Below, one piece after another: positions 35,969 through 44,346 of a stretch of DNA of 64,000 nt. Under the pieces are notes generated by a model. It saw only the letters and a list, made by a program, of their open reading frames with translations, was not told where the DNA came from and ran no database searches. Every line of letters starts with the position of its first letter. The stretch's first letter is position 1. This DNA comes from Phycisphaeraceae bacterium. Its GTDB lineage: Bacteria; Planctomycetota; Phycisphaerae; Phycisphaerales; UBA1924. The translations under genes were made by a program, and so were the position numbers. Where the stretch lies: positions 7,896-71,895 of the forward strand of contig JACKHA010000012.1 in NCBI GenBank assembly GCA_020639215.1. Direction: 5' to 3'.

Positions 35969-36850
35969 TCAGAATCCGAGCCGAGCCAGGCTCGCGGCCA
36001 CCTGCCCCGCGTATCCCGCCCCGAAGAGCGTGCAGTGCACGAGCAGCGGGTACAGGTTGTAGAGGTCGCGCCGCGATCGCTCGAACTCGCGCGGATCGAA
36101 CATCTCGACGCCGACGCGCTCGGCGTACCGATCGAAGAACGCCCGCCCGAACGTCGAGAACAGCGTGATGAACGCCAGTTCCACCTCGGCGTGGGCGAAG
36201 TACGGGGCGGGGTCGATGAACGCCGCGATCCTCCCCTCGCACGCCAGCACGTTCCCGCCCCAGACATCGCCGTGGATCAGCGACGCGGGCGGACGAGACG
36301 GCACGAGCTCGCCCAGGCGGGCCATGAGCGACTCGACGCGGGCCGCCAGCGAGTCGTTGATGGCGCCAACGCCCCGCGCCGACTCGAGCATCGGGGCCAG
36401 CCGTCGCTCGCCGAAAAACCCCGCCCAGTCGCCCATCCACCCGTTCGGCTGCGGGAGCGAGCCGATGGCGTTGTCCCCGCCCAGGCCGAAACGCCCGTCG
36501 GGCGACAGGTTCGCGTGGAGCGACGCGAGCAGATCGCCCGCGTGCTCCTCGACGCCGCGCCCGCGCGAGGCGTCGGTCTTGACGTGCTCCATCACGAGAA
36601 GGTCGTGCTCGGCCGCCACAACCGCCGGCGTCGGCAGGCCGCTGGCCCGAAGCAGGCCGAGCATCCGCCCCTCGACGCGCAGGTCGATCGCCCGGGCCGC
36701 GCCCGCGGATGCCTTCGCGATGAGAAGACTGCCGTCCGCGAGGCCGATCCGGTGCACCCCGCCACCGACGCCGCTGCCTATTGGTTCGACCCGATGAACG
36801 GGGGAGCCAACCCGACCCGCAAGAAGTATGGACAGTCGCCCACGATCCAT
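35969..36850 (-). CDS. fructosamine/ketosamine-3-kinase family protein (293 aa)
   Basis: ORF 35969..36907 trimmed to ATG 36850. SLIHGDVWGGNVL and IDPAPYFAHAEVELAF are family motifs. Confidence 0.8.
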   Translation of the reverse strand: MDRGRLSILLAGRVGSPVHRVEPIGSGVGGGVHRIGLADGSLLIAKASAGAARAIDLRVEGRMLGLLRASGLPTPAVVAAEHDLLVMEHVKTDASRGRGVEEHAGDLLASLHANLSPDGRFGLGGDNAIGSLPQPNGWMGDWAGFFGERRLAPMLESARGVGAINDSLAARVESLMARLGELVPSRPPASLIHGDVWGGNVLACEGRIAAFIDPAPYFAHAEVELAFITLFSTFGRAFFDRYAERVGVEMFDPREFERSRRDLYNLYPLLVHCTLFGAGYAGQVAASLARLGF

Positions 36851-36952
36851 GTCGCAGCGTAGCGGCCCGCCGATCGTCGCACGCCCGAGTGTTGATCGCT
36901 GGCACAAGTCACCGTTGGGCGTCGCGACGCGCGGCGAGTCGGCGCCCGCGCC

Positions 36953-37996
36953 TCACAGCCCCAGCAGCACGCGCACGCCGGCCTCCCCCACCATCACCAG
37001 CAGAAGCAGCGGCAGGTGCGCGATCGAGGCCAGGAACACCGCCTTGGCCCGCTTGGCCGTGCGCTCGCGCCCGAACTCGAGCACGAGCCACAGGAACCCG
37101 AGCCCCGTCAGTGTCGCGGCCACGATGGTCACGCCGCCCAGCAGCCCGGGCATCGCCAGCGCCGGGAGCAGCGTGGCCGGCAGCAGCAGCAGCGTCCAGC
37201 GCAGCATCGACGCGGCGGTCCGCGCCCCGGTCGCGTCGCCGACCGACAGCACACGGTACCCGCCGGCCTCGTAGTGCTCGCGGTACTTCCACGCGATCGC
37301 CATGAAGTGCGGCATCTGCCACACGAACATCAACCCGAAGAGCGCCCAGCCGCCCGCGTGCCCGATCGGCGACGCCAGCCACGACCCGCCCGCAGCCGCT
37401 CCCGCCGACAGCGCGTGCCCCACCGCATACCACCCGATCAGCGGCGGCAGGGCGCCCGGGATCGCCCCCACCAGCGTCGACAGCGGGCTGGCCACCTTCA
37501 TCGGCGTGTACAGCAGCAGGTACGTCACCACGCACGCAAGCGAGATCAGCGACGCCAGCGGGCCGCACACCAGCCACAGGCCCACCACGCCGATCGTCGA
37601 CAGCCCTGTTCCGAGCCAGAACGCGGTCCGCGGCGACACCCGCCCCGACGGGATCGGGCGGCTGGCGGTCCGCTCCATGCACGCGTCCCGCGCGTGCTCG
37701 GACCACATGTTCAAGGCGTTGGCCCCGGCCGCGCTGAACGCCGTGCCCAGCACGCAGCCGACCAGCGACACAAGCACGTCGAGCGTGCCCCAGGCCGAGC
37801 CGGGAGCCGCGCTCCAAACCCCGCCCCAGGCCCCGAGCGCCGCGAGCACGAACCCAACCAGGGCCGTGATCGTCACCATCCGGGTGATGCCCGGCTTGGT
37901 GCACTCGATCAGGTCGGCGATGGTCGGCAGCGATGCCGCACCTGCCCGCGTCGCCACGCCGGCGCTGTTCGCGCCAAGACCCTCCGCGCTCGACAT
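36953..37996 (-). CDS. ctaB: protoheme IX farnesyltransferase (heme O synthase)
   Basis: DLIECTKPGITRM, GANALNMWSEHARDACMERTASRPIPSGR, LLYTPMKVASPLSTLVGAIPGALPPLIGW. The track ORF begins with TTG at 38014. I chose the first ATG (37996), so the start is uncertain. Confidence 0.88.
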   Translation of the reverse strand: MSSAEGLGANSAGVATRAGAASLPTIADLIECTKPGITRMVTITALVGFVLAALGAWGGVWSAAPGSAWGTLDVLVSLVGCVLGTAFSAAGANALNMWSEHARDACMERTASRPIPSGRVSPRTAFWLGTGLSTIGVVGLWLVCGPLASLISLACVVTYLLLYTPMKVASPLSTLVGAIPGALPPLIGWYAVGHALSAGAAAGGSWLASPIGHAGGWALFGLMFVWQMPHFMAIAWKYREHYEAGGYRVLSVGDATGARTAASMLRWTLLLLPATLLPALAMPGLLGGVTIVAATLTGLGFLWLVLEFGRERTAKRAKAVFLASIAHLPLLLLVMVGEAGVRVLLGL

Positions 37997-38124
37997 CGTT
38001 GAGAGTCGTCCCAAGCCGCGCTCCAGACCCCGCTCCCCGCGTTCGACACGAGCCGGTACAAGCCACCGTCCAGACGACGAATCGGCTTCGGCCAGACGAG
38101 AGCGATTCTAGCCTGGCAGGAGGG

Positions 38125-39141
38125 CTACAGCCCCACACGCTCCCCCTGCTCCGCCACCCGCATCCCCGCCGCCTCGACCTCCCCCACCGCCGCCGCCTCG
38201 CCCCGAACCAGCGGGTTCGTGTGATTCAGGTGGATGAATCGGACCTTGGCCCGCTCGTCCGCGTCCAGCGCGCCGAACCGCGCCAGGCTCTCGCGCACCG
38301 ACGGGTGCGGGATCTGCGACATGTCGCGCCCGCCCAGCTCATCCCCGGAGAAGAACGTCGCGTCCAGATACGCGACATCGCACGCCCGGATCTCGTCCTC
38401 GATCAGGCGGGCCGGGCCGCCGCCCGCCGCCTCCCATCCGTCCCACCGCTCCCACTTGTCGATGTCCGGGATGTACAGCACCCGCACGCCCGGTCCGTCG
38501 ATCCGGAACCCCACCGTCTCCGAGAACTCGTCCCGGTGCGGCACGAGCAGCGGCGTCACGCTGATCCGCTCGTTCAGCGCGACAGCCTCGCCGTCCGCGA
38601 GCGACCGCACCTCGATGTTCCCCAGCGTCACCAGCTGGCTCCACGGCCCGTTCGCCCGAAGAAACTCGCCCATCCGCGGCATCGCGTACACCGGCACCCC
38701 AGCCGCCCCGGTCACTTCCCGCCCCAGGTCCTGCAACCCCGTGTAGTGCCCGACGTGCGCGTGCGTGAGCAGCACGCCGTCGAGCATCGCCTGCGACGCG
38801 GCCCCGGGCCTGTCCGCGTCCGGCGGGGCGATCTCATCCAGCAAACGCAACTGCTCGGCGAAGTCCGGCGTCGCGTCGATCAGCCACCGCTGCCCGCTGG
38901 CCGGGTCAACGATCGCCAGGCACGACACGAACCGACGCCGCGACTCATCCTCCCACGCGACACGGCAGCACGCGCGCCGGCACGCCGCCTGCGGATACCC
39001 GCCGTCCTGCGCGACGCCGAGGACGACGACGAAGGGGGCGGGGACCACGCCGTGCTCCGGCTGCGGCGAGCCCGAACCTGCACTCGCACCAACGCACACC
39101 GATGCGAGCAGACCCCCGAGCATGCCAAGCGAGTAGAACAT
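38125..39141 (-). CDS. exported PqqB-like MBL-fold metallo-hydrolase (338 aa)
   Basis: Signal-like N-terminus MFYSLGMLGGLLASVCVGASAG. VVVLGVAQDGGYPQAAC, LLTHAHVGHYTGL, and LVPHRDEFSETVGF resemble the PqqB family. Confidence 0.7.
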   Translation of the reverse strand: MFYSLGMLGGLLASVCVGASAGSGSPQPEHGVVPAPFVVVLGVAQDGGYPQAACRRACCRVAWEDESRRRFVSCLAIVDPASGQRWLIDATPDFAEQLRLLDEIAPPDADRPGAASQAMLDGVLLTHAHVGHYTGLQDLGREVTGAAGVPVYAMPRMGEFLRANGPWSQLVTLGNIEVRSLADGEAVALNERISVTPLLVPHRDEFSETVGFRIDGPGVRVLYIPDIDKWERWDGWEAAGGGPARLIEDEIRACDVAYLDATFFSGDELGGRDMSQIPHPSVRESLARFGALDADERAKVRFIHLNHTNPLVRGEAAAVGEVEAAGMRVAEQGERVGL

Positions 39142-39341
39142 TCACGCACTCTACACCACGACCGCACACGCCGCCCCACCTGTGCCGCGTGCTTCGCGCA
39201 CCTGTGCCGCACCTGCCGTCTCACACCCCCAGCAGAGCCGCCGCACCGAACTGCGACGCGATCAGGATCACCACCAGCACGAGCGAGATCGCGTCGTTGT
39301 ACCCGTCGCTCCACGAATCGAACCAACGCCGCGCACGCAAA

Positions 39342-39371
39342 CCGCCCGCCGGGCGGCAACCCGGCGGGCGG
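39342..39371 (-). terminator. perfect 12-bp GC hairpin 3' of trxA
   Basis: ccgcccgccggg (39342-39353), loop cggcaa, cccggcgggcgg (39360-39371). On the minus strand it is followed by TTTGCG. It lies 74 nt after the trxA stop. The U-tract is short. Confidence 0.5.
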
Positions 39372-39444
39372 CGAGGGGGAACGACGCCTGTGGCAGGCGA
39401 CTCGGATGTGCCACATTCGTGTGGCCGGTGGCTCGGAGCGTGCC

Positions 39445-39786
39445 TCAGCCCGCGACCCGCGCCAAGCGCGCCTTGAGCGTCTCGCCCGACTGCACCCCCA
39501 CCAGGCGATCAACCTCGCGACCGCCCTTGAAGATGATCAGCGTCGGGATCGACTGCACCCGGTGCGACGCCGCCGCATTCGGCGCCTGGTCCACGTCCAG
39601 CTTCGCGACGATCGCGCTGCTCCCCACGTCGGATGCGAGTCGATCGATCGTCGGCGCGATCGCGCGGCACGGCGGGCACCAAGGCGCCCAGAAGTCCACG
39701 AGCACCGGCACGTCCGCGCCCTTGATCGCCTGGTGGAACGACTTGTCGTCGAGGTGGACGACCGGTGAGTCGGCTTGCGTGCCCAT
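39445..39786 (-). CDS. trxA: thioredoxin (113 aa)
   Basis: VLVDFWAPWCPPCRAIAP active site (CPPC instead of CGPC) and IPTLIIFKGG. AAAGGAG lies 8 nt upstream of the ATG on the sense strand. Confidence 0.92.
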   Translation of the reverse strand: MGTQADSPVVHLDDKSFHQAIKGADVPVLVDFWAPWCPPCRAIAPTIDRLASDVGSSAIVAKLDVDQAPNAAASHRVQSIPTLIIFKGGREVDRLVGVQSGETLKARLARVAG

Positions 39787-39924
39787 CGGACGCTCCTTTC
39801 AGATGGATCGGGCCCGCTGCCAACACCGAGGCGGGCCCCGAATCACGCCGACCCGCGTTGGCGGATCGGCGCGGAGGGGATCGGAGAAGCGAGAACGTCC
39901 GGATCCGCTCGGGCTGTTCGACGA

Positions 39925-40479
39925 TCACCGGGCGCCAACGGTCTGGCGCGACTCCACCACGGGGAAGTCGATTTCCGTCGCGAACGCCCGGTTGAAGTAG
40001 TTGGTGAACACGTTGATCGCGACCGCCCCCACCACCTCGGCCAGCTCCGCGTCGGACAGCCCGGCGCCGCGGGCCGCCTCCACGTCGCCCGCCTCCACGC
40101 CGCCCTTGGTCTCGATGACCGAGCGGGCGAAGGCCAGCGCCGCCGCGGCCTTCGGATCGCTGGCCGAGCCGTCCCGGGCCGCGGCGATCTGGTCGGGCTT
40201 CAACCCCGCCATCTTGCCCAGAGCGCTGTGGGCCGAGAGGCAGTAGTTGCACGCGTTGGTCTCGGCGGCGAGCAGCGCGATCTGCTCGCGGATCGGTGCG
40301 GCCAAAGCCCCGGCGCCCAAGGCGCCGCTGAGACTTGCGTACCCCTTGAGCACCGCGGGCGAGTTGCCCATCACCTTCATCATGTTGGGCACGGTGCCCA
40401 GGGCCTTCTTGAGCGAGGCGAAGATCTCCTGGTTCGAGCCGGTCGCGGTCTCGGGATTCTGGATCGGAAGACGGGCCAT
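39925..40479 (-). CDS. carboxymuconolactone decarboxylase / AhpD-like alkylhydroperoxidase family protein (184 aa)
   Basis: ORF 39925..40722 trimmed to ATG 40479 (MARLPIQNPETATGSNQEIF). AhpD-core motif ETNACNYCLSAH. Confidence 0.8.
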   Translation of the reverse strand: MARLPIQNPETATGSNQEIFASLKKALGTVPNMMKVMGNSPAVLKGYASLSGALGAGALAAPIREQIALLAAETNACNYCLSAHSALGKMAGLKPDQIAAARDGSASDPKAAAALAFARSVIETKGGVEAGDVEAARGAGLSDAELAEVVGAVAINVFTNYFNRAFATEIDFPVVESRQTVGAR

Positions 40480-40718
40480 GGTGCGTTCCTTTCGGTCGTG
40501 GCGACAGCCGGGGCGACAGGGGGCCGCCCTTGCCCGCCGCGGGTTGTCTTTCAGTCCGGCCGCCACATGGCGACCGCCACGACAAGTAGATGAGGGCCGG
40601 GCGAGGGATGTGACAAAGAAGCAGCGCCCGACGCGCGAGCGTCGTGGTCCCGCTGGGCTATCGCTCCAACGCACAGGTTGGATTCGGGGGTCACGCCGGA
40701 CGGGCGGATGTGCCGCCA

Positions 40719-41720
40719 TCACACCCGCGTCGGCGCATCCTCTTCCGAAGCGTCGATGTCGTCCTCCGCTTCGGCGTCCTCGTCCTCATCCTCTTCCGCC
40801 CGATCCGGGAACGCCGTCCGCTCCATCGCCAGCACCCAGTCCTCGACCGCCTGGGCGTAGTGGTACAGGTCGATCTTGACCTCCTGCCCGCCCAGCCCCG
40901 CGTGCCCCGACTTGATCTTCAGGAACACGATGAACTTGTCCCACCGCCGCTTGTCCACGTCCTCCAGGTCGCCCGGCGTCACCACATGCCCGCCCGGCAC
41001 CGTCAGACGCTGGCCGTCTGGTTCCCACGAGTACCGCTTGCCCGCCACCCGCACGAACTTGAACAGCAACCACGGCCCGATCGAGAACCCGATCGCGACA
41101 AACAGCCACTGGGCCGGGATGTCGTACACCGCCAGCGGCGCGGGGGCCGTGCGCGACGTCCACTCCCGCTCCAGCGTGCCGAGGCGCTCGGTCGGATTCT
41201 CAATGGTCGTGTGCTCGGGGCTCACGTGCCCGATGCGGCTCAGCGCGTCGAGCCACGCGAGGCGTTTTTGGTCCATCTCGCCCAGGTTCCCGGTGCCGCC
41301 CCGTGACCGCTCGCGCAAGGACGCCAGCTCGGCCGCCGGGTCGGCGATCGTCGCCTGCCCGAGGCGTCCCCCGCTGGACCACGCCCGCAGGTACTCGAGC
41401 TGCTTCCGCTCCGCGTCGAGGCGTCCCCGTTCCGGGTACACCACCACCGCGTCGTACAGCCCCCACGCCCCGAACCCGAGCAGCACGATGGCGAACCCGA
41501 GCGTCTTGAGCCACCAGCGCGGCGCCAGGCGGGACGTGCCGGGCTCCAGCACCGACGCCGGCGGCCCCACGTCCTCCTCATCCTCTTCGACTTCGGAATC
41601 GATGGCCTCGGCCTCGTCCGGGGCCTCCTCGCCCACGTCCTCATGGGCCGCCCCGCCGTCGATCGGCTCGTGCTCGTCGCGATGCTCTGCCATGTCGCCC
41701 TCCGGCTGAGCCCGTGTCAT
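40719..41720 (-). CDS. hypothetical two-TM membrane protein with strongly acidic N- and C-termini
   Basis: ORF 40719..42122 trimmed to ATG 41720 (alternative 41693). Acidic N-terminus (EAPDEAEAIDSEVEEDEEDV), TM segments WWLKTLGFAIVLLGFGAWGLY and WLFVAIGFSIGPWLLFKF, and an acidic tail AEEDEDEDAEAEDDIDASEEDA. I recognise no family. Confidence 0.55.
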   Translation of the reverse strand: MTRAQPEGDMAEHRDEHEPIDGGAAHEDVGEEAPDEAEAIDSEVEEDEEDVGPPASVLEPGTSRLAPRWWLKTLGFAIVLLGFGAWGLYDAVVVYPERGRLDAERKQLEYLRAWSSGGRLGQATIADPAAELASLRERSRGGTGNLGEMDQKRLAWLDALSRIGHVSPEHTTIENPTERLGTLEREWTSRTAPAPLAVYDIPAQWLFVAIGFSIGPWLLFKFVRVAGKRYSWEPDGQRLTVPGGHVVTPGDLEDVDKRRWDKFIVFLKIKSGHAGLGGQEVKIDLYHYAQAVEDWVLAMERTAFPDRAEEDEDEDAEAEDDIDASEEDAPTRV

Positions 41721-41788
41721 CGGCCCGACCCGAGGGTATTCGTCGGCGAACCGCCAAAACCCTGCCCCTGGGCCGCCCGCTCGGCCCG

Positions 41789-42016
41789 TTACTCCAGAGG
41801 CGTTCGGTCCAGCGCCAGGCTCCACCACCGCTCGGCCCGGGCCAGCCCCCCGGGGCGTGACGCCATCGACCCGAATCCGCCCTCGCTGACCCGGCGCGTC
41901 GGGATCCGCGGCACGTCGTACGGGCGGGCCATCGCCTCGGTCAGCCAGAGCGAATGCACCAGGCGAGCCCTCCTCCCAGCCTCCATGCGACCACGCTTCG
42001 AGAACCACCACCGCAT
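41789..42016 (-). CDS. possible small hypothetical protein (75 aa)
   Basis: ATG 42016 to TAA 41789. By my count GC at third codon positions is near 88%. It sits 68 nt upstream of the acidic membrane protein gene on the same strand. No recognisable motif. Confidence 0.3.
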   Translation of the reverse strand: MRWWFSKRGRMEAGRRARLVHSLWLTEAMARPYDVPRIPTRRVSEGGFGSMASRPGGLARAERWWSLALDRTPLE

Positions 42017-42161
42017 GGGCCCATGATACAGACGCCGCGCCCGCCGCTTTCTTGTTCGCCCCGGAAACTCCGCCTCGCGGGGCGCACGGTGCGATACCTT
42101 GGAACTGCCCGCCCGTGCTCACCCGCGGAACCGGACCGCTCCCGCCCGCGCACCCTCAGCG

Positions 42162-42896
42162 ATGCCCCCGCCGAAGCCGCTCCAGTTCGACGCTGTCGAA
42201 CCCCACAAACAGGGGGGCGATCGGGCTAGGCCTCAAACTCACCGATCGGCGGAAAGAACGGAAGAGGAACTCGTCCGAGCGATTCAGGGCGGCGACCAGG
42301 AGGCCTGGCGCGACCTGGCCCGGCGGGTGTTGCCGCGGTTGTATGCCCTTTGTTATCGGATGATGGGGCGTCGGGAGGACGCCGCGGACGCGGCCCAGGC
42401 CGCCATGCTCCGCCTGCTGCAGGTCATCGGGCAGTACGACGGGCGGAGCCGGTTCTCGACCTGGGCCTACCGGGTCACGACCAACATCTGCATCTCGCGC
42501 CTGCGGTCGGCGAAGGTCCGTCGGACGGCCAGCCTGGACGGCGGGCGGGGTCCCGACCCGGGGGCTGGCTCCGGGCGGACAATGGAGCCGCAGGGTCGGG
42601 AACCGGACCCGGGTTCGAGCGTCGAACACTCCGACGCGGCGGCCCGGTTGGTCCGGGCGATGCGGACGCTGGAGCCGGAGCAGCGGGCGATTCTGATTCT
42701 CCGGGACGGTCAGGACCTTGCGTACGACAGGATCGCAGAGGTGCTGGGGATCGGGATCGGAACGGTCAAGAGCCGCCTGTTCCGGGCCCGCGGCGCGCTC
42801 CGCGAGGCGATGGAGGGGATGGGATACTCGCCCGAGGCTTCGCGCGGGCGCGACCCGGGTTCGGGAGCAGCGGAGACGGAGGCAGACGGCAAGTAA
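42162..42896 (+). CDS. ECF (RpoE-like) sigma-70 family factor
   Basis: Region 2: LVRAIQGGDQEAWRDLARRVLPRLYALCYRMMGRREDAADAAQAAMLRLL...FSTWAYRVTTNICISRLR. Region 4: EQRAILILRDGQDLAYDRIAEVLGIGIGTVKSRLFRARGALR. The track ORF starts at TTG 42099. I use the first ATG at 42162, so the start is uncertain. Confidence 0.85.
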   Translation: MPPPKPLQFDAVEPHKQGGDRARPQTHRSAERTEEELVRAIQGGDQEAWRDLARRVLPRLYALCYRMMGRREDAADAAQAAMLRLLQVIGQYDGRSRFSTWAYRVTTNICISRLRSAKVRRTASLDGGRGPDPGAGSGRTMEPQGREPDPGSSVEHSDAAARLVRAMRTLEPEQRAILILRDGQDLAYDRIAEVLGIGIGTVKSRLFRARGALREAMEGMGYSPEASRGRDPGSGAAETEADGK

Positions 42897-42921
42897 AACG
42901 AAGCAAGCGTGACGACCCGAC

Positions 42922-44229
42922 ATGGCGAGCAACCACTCCAACCCGAATCACGCCGCTCCGAGCCCTTCGGACGAGGCGATGCTCGCGTTCGTCGAGGGCG
43001 AGTTGGGCGGGCCCGAGGAGGCGGCGCTGCGCCGGGCGCTGGCACGTTCGCCGCAGGTGATGCTCCGCCTGGAGGCGATGCGGCGCGAGCGTGCGGTGCT
43101 GCGCGGCGTGCTGCTACGCGAGCCGTACATCCCGGCGTCGGTGCAGCGCCGGATGGAGCGGGCTGTCGAAACAGGAATCGAGCGTGCCAAGGGCCGGCGG
43201 AGCCCGTCGCGTTCGGCGTTGGAACCCGCCGGAGCCGCGCCCACCGGGCTTGCGCCGGATGCCCACGACGTCCCGCTCATCCATAGCATCCCGATCGATC
43301 GCGCGTTGCCGCGCCGGTCCTGGAACTCCGGCGGGCTGGGCGTGGGCCTGGCGACGGCGGCGGCGATCGCGTTGGTTGTGGGCGGCGTGCTGGCGACGAT
43401 CAACATCCGCCCGCCGACGGCGACCAACTCCGCAGCGCCTTCCATCGCACGTGGGGGCGGCGTTGCGCCCGCCTCGCCCGACTCGCTCGCGACGGCGTCG
43501 CCGAGGCTCGCGGAACGAACCGCCGGCGAATCGGGCGCGCCATCAGTCGTTGCCGCCGACGCGCTGGCCGACCCGATCGCGGCGGCATCCGCGCCGTCGC
43601 TGGCTGGCGATCCGATCGTGGGCGTGTCTGAGCCGGGGCCTTCGACGCGCCTGCTGCCGGGGCGGGTGGCCCGCACCCAGGTCATGGCTCTGGCCGAGCA
43701 ACGTCGCCTGGCCCTGCGAGTCTCGGCGCCCGAACCGCGAAACGTGATCGCGGCCATGGAGGCCGCGGCCGGCGACGCGGATCGCCCGGCGTGGCGCGTC
43801 CGCACCGACGCCCCGGCGACCCTGGCCGGCTCGATGGGCCTGACGCTCGCGCCGTGGGATGAGCAGGCGACCAGCCCGACGAGCGACACGCTGGCCACCG
43901 GACCCGAGAGCGTGCCCGGCGCACCGACGCGCCTCGCCGAGACGCCGCCCGCCGATCCCGACGCGTGGCTGCTGCGTCCGACCGACGACGCGCTGGCGGT
44001 GTACCTGGCCGAGGTCGATCTCACCGAGGCCGGGCTTCGGACTTTGGAGCGGGACCTGGGCCGTGCCGCGGGCGGGAGCAGCGGGTTTGCGGCGCTCGAG
44101 ACCTCGCTCGACGGGGTGATCGGCGGGCCGACGCTGCTGGTGCCGGCCCAGGACGTGATCTGGTGGTACGACTCGCCGCGCGAGTGGTCGAAGCGGGCGT
44201 TGGTGCCGATCGTGATCGAGCGGCCGTGA
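42922..44229 (+). CDS. putative anti-sigma factor, single-pass membrane protein (435 aa)
   Basis: Starts 25 nt after the ECF sigma gene. The N-terminus DEAMLAFVEGELGGPEEAALRRALARSPQVMLRLEAM is typical of anti-sigma N-terminal helices. One TM segment is GLGVGLATAAAIALVVGGVLATI. The extracytoplasmic part is Ala/Pro-rich. Confidence 0.6.
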   Translation: MASNHSNPNHAAPSPSDEAMLAFVEGELGGPEEAALRRALARSPQVMLRLEAMRRERAVLRGVLLREPYIPASVQRRMERAVETGIERAKGRRSPSRSALEPAGAAPTGLAPDAHDVPLIHSIPIDRALPRRSWNSGGLGVGLATAAAIALVVGGVLATINIRPPTATNSAAPSIARGGGVAPASPDSLATASPRLAERTAGESGAPSVVAADALADPIAAASAPSLAGDPIVGVSEPGPSTRLLPGRVARTQVMALAEQRRLALRVSAPEPRNVIAAMEAAAGDADRPAWRVRTDAPATLAGSMGLTLAPWDEQATSPTSDTLATGPESVPGAPTRLAETPPADPDAWLLRPTDDALAVYLAEVDLTEAGLRTLERDLGRAAGGSSGFAALETSLDGVIGGPTLLVPAQDVIWWYDSPREWSKRALVPIVIERP

Positions 44230-44346
44230 AGGCGGGTTCACCACGGAGACACGAAGAGCACTGAGGAAGGCAGGATGCGGGGAGGGGCAAGGGCCCGCTC
44301 CCGGATTCGCGTCGTTCCGCTAAGTGCGTGCGTCGGTCCACCGGAG

